Origin: a virus
Lineage: Duplodnaviria > Caudoviricetes
Virus record (IMG/VR): IMGVR_UViG_3300045146_000200
Span: 1-57,326 of that record
Direction: 5' to 3' (one strand)
DNA: 57,326 nt
The notes under the pieces: model-generated
Database searches by the model: none
Seen by the model: only the letters and a program-made list of their open reading frames with translations
What the model was told of the DNA's origin: nothing
Part shown: positions 34,471 through 42,800 of the stretch, piece by piece
How the letters are laid out: each line of letters starts with the position of its first letter
Position numbering within the stretch: the stretch's first letter is position 1
Position numbers and translations under genes: made by a program

Positions 34471-35377
34471 CCAGAATCAGTACGTAGTCACCTACTCGAT
34501 CATGCACACGGGCACGTGGTTCGTCCTGAAGCTGATCGATACCTGCTGGTGGAGGTATCGTCGAGCCGTCTTCGGGGATATCGACGTGATACCGGCCATA
34601 CACGGGGAGTCATTGGAAGCCTGCCTTGAAACTCATGGCCCACTCGATGCCGCATGGTTCGACCGCTTCGTCGTCCAGTTCACCCCCTTCGCATATCGGG
34701 CGGACAACACCCGATTCCACGTCAATATCCACCACCAGTACCCGAACGCCAAGGGCTTCACCATTCGGCACCGCTCCATGATCCCAATTGTGATCCCAGT
34801 GAGAGATCCACTCTTGGCCTGGGTGTCCAGGGTTCAACGGCAGACGAATTGGGTAGAGTTCCAAGCCATGCCGCCTGACCAGAGGGAAGAGGAGTTCAAG
34901 GTGTTCCTTTGCCTCTGGGACGACCTGTTCGCCATTGACCCCAAGTTCGTCTGTTTCTTCCGAGTTGACTGGCCTGCGACCCCGGACACGCTCGATATCC
35001 GCATGGAGCAAGCGTTCAGGTTCTTCGAGTGGTGTCATCTGCCGCCCCCGGTTATGGCCCTAGACTACGTGCGGAAATGGGCGCCGGTTAATACAGCCTT
35101 AGGCCCGAGCGGAGCCATCAAACCGTGGGCTACGCCGAAGGAAGTCCAATGGGTCAAGGACGCGGCGTTCAAACAGGATGTGGCCACGTTAGCTAAGGTG
35201 TTCCACGTCGAGTGGCCTATGCTCGTGGCGAAGCATGAATGGATCGGCCCGCTCAAATGCCTCGGATACTCCAACCTGTGCTGGTGGCCGGAGTTCAAAC
35301 CTGCTTCGGCAACAGCATCAGTATCCCCGTCTGACCCTCCCACCATACCCGCTGATGTGTCTGCCCAAACAAAGTGA
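34463..35377 (+). CDS. Sulfotransferase-like protein
   Basis: 5'-PSB-like loop YSIMHTGTWFV and 3'-PB motif IPVRDPLLAWVS. Confidence 0.62.
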   Translation: MPDQNQYVVTYSIMHTGTWFVLKLIDTCWWRYRRAVFGDIDVIPAIHGESLEACLETHGPLDAAWFDRFVVQFTPFAYRADNTRFHVNIHHQYPNAKGFTIRHRSMIPIVIPVRDPLLAWVSRVQRQTNWVEFQAMPPDQREEEFKVFLCLWDDLFAIDPKFVCFFRVDWPATPDTLDIRMEQAFRFFEWCHLPPPVMALDYVRKWAPVNTALGPSGAIKPWATPKEVQWVKDAAFKQDVATLAKVFHVEWPMLVAKHEWIGPLKCLGYSNLCWWPEFKPASATASVSPSDPPTIPADVSAQTK

Positions 35378-35831
35378 TAACCGACAGGTCCACGTCCTGA
35401 GCGTGAGGACTGGCTACAGGCAGGCGTGACAACGGCGACCTGATCTGCGCTAGGTCATCCACGAGGATTATGTCCCTCCGCACGTCCGTCTTCAGGGCCA
35501 CAATCCCAAGTTCCTCGGCAATCGGTATCCTGACCGTCGTGTCCTGCATTGGGAAGTGCGCATCTAGCCAGAAGAGGCAGGGGCCGACGAGGTGTGGAAT
35601 GATGCGTTCAAGGAAGGCCGAGCCGTCGAGGTTCATCACGACGGCCTTGGGAAAGGCGCGCTGGCAGGCGTCGGCGCACCCCTTCACAATGTCACAAGAG
35701 AAGATTTTCCCGATCCCTGCGTCCATAGCGGCCTTCATCCCGCCACCGCCTAGACACCCTGTCTCAACGAAGTTCTGGATGCCGTAGTGCTGCACGAAGG
35801 GAGCGAGGGGGAACTGACTGAGGTAGGACAT
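35295..35831 (-). CDS. SAM-dependent methyltransferase-like protein
   Basis: FVETG, FSCDI, FWLDAH, ILVDD; AAGGAG RBS. Confidence 0.75.
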   Translation of the reverse strand: MSYLSQFPLAPFVQHYGIQNFVETGCLGGGGMKAAMDAGIGKIFSCDIVKGCADACQRAFPKAVVMNLDGSAFLERIIPHLVGPCLFWLDAHFPMQDTTVRIPIAEELGIVALKTDVRRDIILVDDLAQIRSPLSRLPVASPHAQDVDLSVITLFGQTHQRVWWEGQTGILMLLPKQV

Positions 35832-35974
35832 GACGGCTCCTTTGCACGATGTTTCGGGATGAGTCTGCCGCCACATGCGCAAACGTGGCGGAACTTGCTG
35901 TCATCCATGACTTCCATGGTATCACGTCGGCCACAATCCTCACACTCGAAAAGATGCGCGTGCCTGTAGGACAT
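35750..35974 (-). CDS. Small zinc-ribbon protein
   Basis: AAAGGAG RBS; FECEDCG...CACGG. Confidence 0.55.
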   Translation of the reverse strand: MSYRHAHLFECEDCGRRDTMEVMDDSKFRHVCACGGRLIPKHRAKEPSCPTSVSSPSLPSCSTTASRTSLRQGV

Positions 35975-35992
35975 AGATTCTCCTTTCGGTCC

Positions 35993-36030
35993 AAAAAAAG
36001 CCCCCGCCAGCCACTGCTCTGGCGAGGGCG
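35993..36030 (-). terminator. Intrinsic terminator
   Basis: Minus strand GCCCTCGCCAG...CTGGCGGGGGC then T7. Confidence 0.7.
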
Positions 36031-36071
36031 TGCTCCGCACAGGATTCACACCATGCTACTGGTATTCTAGT

Positions 36072-36281
36072 CTAGGGGAGTGCCGGAGTCAAGGTCGGCA
36101 TAGGAGGAAGCGGCTGCCACAACGTGGGCGTCCATTCACTGTCTTCTGCCCATGCACCGCACACGCAGAGTGACCAGTAGTTGCCCAACATTCTGTACCG
36201 GACAACAGCGCACTCTCCGCCTGCATATCCGAGAATCGGAGTCCCGTCCATAGGAGCGGAATCAATCGGTTGCCAATCCAT
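36072..36281 (-). CDS. DUF551-like protein
   Basis: WQPIDSAPMDGTPIL...PTLWQPLP; GGAGG RBS. Confidence 0.8.
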   Translation of the reverse strand: MDWQPIDSAPMDGTPILGYAGGECAVVRYRMLGNYWSLCVCGAWAEDSEWTPTLWQPLPPMPTLTPALP

Positions 36282-36345
36282 CAGACACCTCCAGAGCAAT
36301 AGCCTTCGAGATCCCCCCAAAAGGCCCTCCAACTTTTCCGGAGAC

Positions 36346-37116
36346 TCACGGGAATCGCAACTCACCTTGATTCGGGTCCTCGGCACTGGCCCTCTTATCG
36401 GCCAGCCACCAATCCCAGACATCCTGGGCTGTTGACCAGAAGTCCCAATGATCGCGGGTTTTCAACATATGCTCGAACGCGCGCAGGTAGAGCGCCTTGT
36501 ACCTTGGCCAACGCCGAAAGTCTTGCATGCGCTTTTCACGCGTGGCCATCGGGCATCCGATGCAACCAACTCGCTTCCAGCCTTGATCGTACAGGCAACA
36601 ATAGGGCAGATTGTGCTCGTGAATGTACTCCCACACGTCCTCGTTGGACCAGTCAAGGATGGGATGGACGAAGCGTTGGCTGTTGTCGCGATAGCAGACC
36701 TCCGCGATCTGCCGCTTTTTCCTGCGTGCGCTTTCCGCTGCCCGGATACCGGTTAGCACGGTTTCACCCTTGCCATATCGCTCTTTGAGTTCTTCACAAC
36801 AATACCTGGCGATCCTCGTCGGCGGCATGTGACGCTCTACGATCAATGTCCACATGGTTTTGGGCGGCCTATGGATGGTCACCTCGGGATGATGCTCCTT
36901 CACGAAGTGAACTACTTCGGGCGGGTCGATGCTCGTTAGGTAAAAGTGCGCGGCGAACTTGACGCCTGCGGACTTGGCCAGGTGCAGGAGTACAACCGAA
37001 TCTTTGCCCCCAGAGAACGCCAGGTGGTAACCTTCTGGCGGCTGGAAGGTCTGCATTCGCTCTATCGCCATGGCGACCCGGTCAATGGTGCCGAAGAGGG
37101 TAGGTTCGCGAAGCAT
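36346..37116 (-). CDS. PAPS reductase (CysH)-family protein
   Basis: AFSGGKDS PP-loop, RYCCEELKE, TGIRAAESARR, PILDWS, RVGCIGCP. Confidence 0.9.
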   Translation of the reverse strand: MLREPTLFGTIDRVAMAIERMQTFQPPEGYHLAFSGGKDSVVLLHLAKSAGVKFAAHFYLTSIDPPEVVHFVKEHHPEVTIHRPPKTMWTLIVERHMPPTRIARYCCEELKERYGKGETVLTGIRAAESARRKKRQIAEVCYRDNSQRFVHPILDWSNEDVWEYIHEHNLPYCCLYDQGWKRVGCIGCPMATREKRMQDFRRWPRYKALYLRAFEHMLKTRDHWDFWSTAQDVWDWWLADKRASAEDPNQGELRFP

Positions 37117-37148
37117 TGAACTTCTCCGGGCAGTGGTCTTCAAGATCC

Positions 37149-37186
37149 AAAAAAGAGGCCCGCCGGGAGAAGTTGGCGGGCCTCTT
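37149..37186 (-). terminator. Intrinsic terminator-like hairpin upstream of the CysH-family gene
   Basis: 12-bp stem AAGAGGCCCGCC / GGCGGGCCTCTT with T run on the minus strand. Confidence 0.75.
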
Positions 37187-37216
37187 GTCCCTCGTCAAGC
37201 CGACCCAGTGTCGTCC

Positions 37217-37450
37217 CTACACGAGTACGAGTTTTCTCCTTCGTATCCTCGTCTCAGACCTGGTAAGTTCCAGGTCAGCCTTGTAGGTGTTCGTCTCAGC
37301 CCTATCCATGCCTGAGAAAAAAGCATTTCCTGCCACCGTATTATCGTCATCGCAGTCTTGGCATAGTACAGCCGGGACACCTCCATCCTGGAAATCGTCA
37401 GCCCGAACATCTTTCCATCGTAGGCCGCATTTAGGACAACGGACTTTCAT
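37217..37450 (-). CDS. Small zinc-ribbon protein
   Basis: CPKC...LCQDC. Confidence 0.6.
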   Translation of the reverse strand: MKVRCPKCGLRWKDVRADDFQDGGVPAVLCQDCDDDNTVAGNAFFSGMDRAETNTYKADLELTRSETRIRRRKLVLV

Positions 37451-37460
37451 TGTGTATTCC

Positions 37461-37802
37461 CTACGCGGCCGTTATGACCATGGTAATCGCTACCATGCCG
37501 ATCCTCCGCACAAGCCCTTCCAGGGCAATCTTCTCGGCCTCGGCCAGTTCCCTGCCGATTCCTCGAAGGACGCATACCTCGCCCTTTATCAGAGCCTCAA
37601 ATTCCTCCTGCGTGATATGCCCGGAAGCGAAGTCCTCGATGGCCTCGGCCAGGAATGCCCCCCTCTCCTTCACCGCACGAATCGAGCACACCATGAGTTC
37701 TCGGATGATGGCCTTCGCCTCTTCCTGTGCCTGCACGAAAAGCCCGGCTGGACTGACTGACTCTATGATGCCGCTGATGACCTTCGACGCCTTCGGCTTC
37801 AT
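37461..37802 (-). CDS. Hypothetical helical protein with hydrophobic C-terminus
   Basis: ATGA coupling; GAGG RBS. Confidence 0.65.
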   Translation of the reverse strand: MKPKASKVISGIIESVSPAGLFVQAQEEAKAIIRELMVCSIRAVKERGAFLAEAIEDFASGHITQEEFEALIKGEVCVLRGIGRELAEAEKIALEGLVRRIGMVAITMVITAA

Positions 37803-38209
37803 TTTGGCTTCCTCGCGGACTCGATGCGAATCGCAGACTCAAACGCACGCGTCACCTGATTCGTTGCCTTTTCTACCATACTCGGTGACCATTTTCCAGC
37901 GTCCCTACGCTGTTTCAGGTGAATGTCCAGGATGTTCTGAATCTCGCCAAGCTGCCCGGTCATCATCGTATTCGACGGCCTGGCAGCCTGGGTGGCGGCA
38001 AGACGGTCGATGTCTTGCTTGATGGCCTGGATGTCCTTCTCGGGGATAGCGTCGCTTCCTAGGGCAACGTAGAGCGTTACAGCCCTATCGCGCAGGTCTT
38101 CGAGCGCCTTGACCGTATCAGGCGAGTAGGCGGGGGTGCATCCATGCGGAAGATTGAGCGCCCCAATCACTACGACAAGGCCAGATAGAATCATCAAGTT
38201 CCTGCGCAT
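37799..38209 (-). CDS. Putative lipoprotein (lysis-region candidate)
   Basis: MRRN, hydrophobic stretch, then HG-C lipobox-like site. Confidence 0.6.
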   Translation of the reverse strand: MRRNLMILSGLVVVIGALNLPHGCTPAYSPDTVKALEDLRDRAVTLYVALGSDAIPEKDIQAIKQDIDRLAATQAARPSNTMMTGQLGEIQNILDIHLKQRRDAGKWSPSMVEKATNQVTRAFESAIRIESARKPK

Positions 38210-38406
38210 GATGGGGGTACTCCCTTGGTCTGGGTAAGAATGCGCCGGGCAGTTTCCTGCGTGAGCCTCTTGGCCTCCAGGACCTGCCGGGACGCCTCAA
38301 TGTCCTGCATCCGCAGTTCGGCAAGGGTCATCCTGCCATTGTGCGGCGTATCATACAGCTTTTCGTGAGAGCGAATCCAGGATCTCACGTATTTCAGGAT
38401 CGTCAT
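38194..38406 (-). CDS. Hypothetical protein
   Basis: Overlapping operon packing; AAGG RBS. Confidence 0.5.
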   Translation of the reverse strand: MTILKYVRSWIRSHEKLYDTPHNGRMTLAELRMQDIEASRQVLEAKRLTQETARRILTQTKGVPPSCAGT

Positions 38407-38617
38407 GTGGCACCTTGGTAAGGAGTTTGGCGATGATCGCGTGTTGGTCGTGAACCTCCTGCTTGAGGAGAGTGACCTCGCCTAGGAGCCGTGCAACGTC
38501 CTCTCTGAGCATAGCCACTTCGGTTTCCTTTGTCGAGTAGTAGCATCTCCAAAGGATACCAACGGCTGCGGCGAGAGCACCAACCACGGCAACGACATGC
38601 ACAATCTCGATAGTCAT
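38351..38617 (-). CDS. Single-TM coiled-coil protein, holin-like candidate
   Basis: N-terminal TM helix followed by heptad repeats; AAGGGGTG RBS. Confidence 0.55.
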   Translation of the reverse strand: MTIEIVHVVAVVGALAAAVGILWRCYYSTKETEVAMLREDVARLLGEVTLLKQEVHDQHAIIAKLLTKVPHDDPEIREILDSLSRKAV

Positions 38618-38712
38618 GCGTCACCCCTTTCTGCTAGCGTCCTGCTATGAATCGCGAAGGCAGGTATAAACTGCCAGCATTTATGCGCGCGCTCCCTAGA
38701 TCCGCTGACATT

Positions 38713-39849
38713 TTATACCTTTCCCGCATCTGCTGCAAGGCCAGCAAGCCTTGGCCTGACGCACCTATCGAGAAATTCGTCAAAGTTCTGGTCGAGTACC
38801 TCCGCTTGAATGTCCTTTCGGCAGTTGTGGAGAGCCGCCGATGGGCTGAACTCAGGCCCGTCGTGCGCACAATAGGGGTCTGGAACGGCCTCTCCGTACA
38901 ACCGTTCCAGGCCTAACCGGGGGTCAACGACGCAACGCGGGTGAACCCACCCACCCCAGATGGTAAAGGTCGGCGTCCCGATGGCAAGCGATGCGGGGAG
39001 CATGTAGCATTGACTCGCCAACGTGAACGCCGAGATTCCTACGAGCCCAAGCATGGTGTAGAGTTCGACCTGCCCCGTGTCCCATCGGCAGTCGATGTTC
39101 TGTAGCTCCCCCTCCGGCCATTCCACCTGGGGCCTGTTGTTCCCTACCAGAATCCAGTGGAACTCCTTGTGCCTGTCAATGCACCGCTGAAGATACTCGT
39201 CCTTGCATGACCTGGCCGGGTTCTGCCACTCCGCACGGACTGTACCCTGCTTGATCAAGGCGATAGGCTTCCTGACTGTGCTCGTCACTTTCCGAGCCGC
39301 ATCCACCCACTCTGGCTTCAAGGGGAAGTGAAAGTCTACTTCCGCCCCCAGGGGCATCGCTCGTTCCAGCGCAGTCATGATCGTTTGGGACTCGTGCCGA
39401 TATGCCAGTTCGTAGTCTATGCTGACGCTGGCATAGTCCCTCGGGACCTCATTCCAGAGTTTGGTGTCTGCCGCCTCTGCCGCTTCCTTGCATGTCCGTA
39501 GATTCGTGTATGCCCTGACCGGGTGAATCTTCGGGCAGTCCCACCACATCTCCGGGTTACTGGTGTGGACCCAGACATCACCATATCGTTTCGAGATTTT
39601 CCGCACGATAGGCCGAGTCCAGAACTGGTCCCCGAATCCGAGATACCCGGTAATCAGGATCGGGCGCTTCCCGTCGTACATGTCCACCCACGACCCCTTG
39701 TTCCTGGCCTTTGCCACCTTATGAGAGAATTGGAACCCGCAGTCAAGGCAGGTAAAGACCGCGCGTTCCACCTCGAATCGTCGTTTCAAGCGGAGATGCC
39801 CGCATTCCACCGTTCTGGCTACATCAGGCACTTCAATCTTGAGATCCAT
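38713..39849 (-). CDS. GT9-like glycosyltransferase in the late operon
   Basis: GYLGFGDQ, ASLAIGTPTFTIWGG, C-terminal YC...NCRKDI; N-terminal CLDC ribbon. Confidence 0.75.
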   Translation of the reverse strand: MDLKIEVPDVARTVECGHLRLKRRFEVERAVFTCLDCGFQFSHKVAKARNKGSWVDMYDGKRPILITGYLGFGDQFWTRPIVRKISKRYGDVWVHTSNPEMWWDCPKIHPVRAYTNLRTCKEAAEAADTKLWNEVPRDYASVSIDYELAYRHESQTIMTALERAMPLGAEVDFHFPLKPEWVDAARKVTSTVRKPIALIKQGTVRAEWQNPARSCKDEYLQRCIDRHKEFHWILVGNNRPQVEWPEGELQNIDCRWDTGQVELYTMLGLVGISAFTLASQCYMLPASLAIGTPTFTIWGGWVHPRCVVDPRLGLERLYGEAVPDPYCAHDGPEFSPSAALHNCRKDIQAEVLDQNFDEFLDRCVRPRLAGLAADAGKV

Positions 39850-42800
39850 ACGTATGCTCCCCTTGCCCGGCCATCGACTGCGCTAGAGCCTGCCTCTCAC
39901 GCAATTCCGCGAGGCGACTCATCTGCGCTCTAAGTGACGGTATACGCATCCGTCTCCGTGGTTCAGGCACGCCGAGCATGCGCCGGAACATCACAGGGTC
40001 AATCTCCTTGTTCTTCTCCGCTGCGTCGGTAATCATTCGGTTCAGATCGTCCGGCTGGATGGTGTATCGCATGATGAGGGGCAGGATGGCCTCCTGCGCC
40101 TTCTCCGGCCCAAGTTGTGTCGCCAAGGGCTTCAGAATCCCCTTGGCTTGCTCATGCAGCTTCGTAGCCTCGTCCTGCGCTGACCTCGCTATCTCCTCCG
40201 GCGTTACGTCTGGCCATCGCTGCATCTGCTCGATGATGTGCCTGCGAGCACTGTTGTAGTTCTGTTCCAGCATGTCCTGAGCCTCGAATACAACGTCCTT
40301 CGGGTGCAGGTAGGTCTGGCGCATGAATCGTGACTTGGCCGACTTCTCGATTTCCTTCAGGCCATCGACGACAGCCGAGTTCATCTTCGCCTGCTCCTCG
40401 GGGGGCAGCTTAGAGATCATCGTCTTCCACCCGGAGTTCACGAGCGCGGTCCATACGTTTCTTGGAGCGATGGCATTGATCGCGTAGTCCAGCCGGGCGG
40501 GGGACATACTCAACCCCTTCCCCATGTCCACCGCCATCTGTCTCGTGATACCCGGGATTACCTCGTCTTCAGGCCGAACGCTCGCCCCACGCCAGATCGT
40601 ATCGTCCTGCCAGAAGTTGTGATTGAGGGTATACCCAAGGACAGACTCCATCACCGGAGGCATGATGGCGCTCATGTCCGTCATCGGGAGAGAGGTCTTC
40701 AAAGACCTAATGCTCTCCATGAATGGCCTTGGAGGGGCCTGTCCAGTCAGGGACTTCCTTGCAAGGGATTCCCACAGGGATTTCACCGGAGCAATAGTCT
40801 GGTCGAGAGGGATGCGGAAGTAGGTGTAGCGTTTCTCCCCGGTCTTCGGGTCAATCTCGAAGAACGGCGTCGTGATGATCCAGTTGTCCGTCTTCTCATT
40901 CTCCGGGATGGCGTCGTAGCACTCCCGGTTGTAGATCAGGTTGGCGATGGTGAGACCCGCCGCCACCGTCCCCACGTTCGCCAGTTTCCAAGCCAGCATA
41001 CCCGGGCTTTTCTCTGCCGCTGTCACCCAGCCTCTTGCGCCCTGCATAGACGCATTGACGTAGGGTATGCCCACAGCCGAGGCGAACTTCGTCCACGTGC
41101 CGCCCTTCGAGAAGTCGATGTATCCCCGAGCCTGGTCCGCTGCCATGACAGGCCCTAACCCGAGTTTCATGCCCCGATTGAATGCGGCCAACCGAGTCCA
41201 GTTCTCCGACACCTCGCCAAGCCAGCCCATGGCACGAGCAATTCCGTCCAACTCCGGTGTGGCGAAGTGAGGCCGGGATTCCTTGGACAAGTACTCCGAC
41301 GCCGCTCCATGGCGTATGAACTCCTTCGCTCGCGCCGTAGGCTTGCGTCTGGCAATGCTGATGGCATCGCCCAAAGTCTCAGCCATGTCCCTGCCAAGCT
41401 CGGCAAAGCCAGCGATGGGTAGGACCTTCGATACGCTCCCGCTGTTGTACAGGTTCGTCACACCCCAGACGTGGAACACGTCTCGCATCACGTTCGCTAT
41501 AGCGAAGACTGGGTTCACCCCGGTGGCCATGGCTTTCAGGAGCTTGCTGCCAGTCCATATCTGCAACTGGTTAGATAGTTCCGGGGCAATGCTTGGCGGG
41601 ATCTCTCCCCACAGTTTGGCGAACTCCATCGGGACGACGACTCCAACTGTCTGCGGGGCGTCTACCATCGCGCCCTTGACCTTCTTCTGCCCGACGATCC
41701 TCGCCGTGATAATGGCTTCGTCCTTGCGCAGAGCCTGCTTCGGTTCCAGATACGTCAGCCCATCCGCCCGTGCCACCCTTCGGAATCCCCCACGATACTC
41801 GCGCATCCCAGGGATACTTGGGTTCGCTTGAACCAACTTGACCAGTTCCAGATTCGCTTCGTTCCGCGCTATGCGGTGCTCAAGACCCAAGTTCGCCCCG
41901 AGGAGTAACCGTTCCGAGTCCGTCTCTGCCGCTGACAGGCTTCCCTTATCCAGGTACTTGAAGAAGCTCGCCCCGGTGTCCAGCGCCTGCCTGTTCGAGT
42001 CGAGGATACTGTTGTCCCTGAACAGGCCGCCGAGGTCATCCAGGTACTTCTCCGGCTGATAGAACGGGATCTTGAGGAGCTTGTCCCGAAACTCCGTAGT
42101 CTCGATACCTGCCTCAGCCGCACGGTACAAGAGGCGGTCGTACCCAGCCTTCAGTGCACCGACTCGCTGCGGAAAATCACCATACCCAGGAATGGGCGCG
42201 GACATCTCCTCCGCGAGGATCTTCTGTGCCGTCTCCAAGGTCTGTTCCTGAACTTTCTTGCCAGGAGGCCGAAACGCCCCTATTGGCCTTTGGAAGTCCT
42301 CGGCAGCCAGTCGTCGTTCCAGAGCTTGCACTTTCTCCGTGTATGCCCGTTCCAGCCGCTTCACCTGCCTGTTGCGGAAAGCAGCAATCACTTGCTGAGC
42401 CTTGTCCATCCGGTCGAGTTGCATCGCCTTCAGGACGTTCAGGCGTTCAATCACGTCTTCGCCCTTGGCGATAGGCTTGGCGAAGAGGGTGATTGTGGAC
42501 TGGAGGTCACGCTTGAGTTGCTGATGCTGCTTAGGCGTGAGTCCCTGTTCGGCCATCTCCAGGACCATTTTGATTTCCTTCATGGCCTTGGTGGCTTCGG
42601 CCTTGACCGCAGAGTCCAGTGCCATATCCGCACGCAAGCCCACCCCGGCAGCAATGCGATTGATCGCGTCCACGCCACGGCTCGCGATCTGTGCTCGCTG
42701 GTCCATCTCGTGATTGACTCTGTCCTTTGCCGCGGTGAACTTCTTTTCGAGGATGTCGAGTTCCTTCTTCGCGTCGGCTACCTGCCTGCCCATCGCTCGT

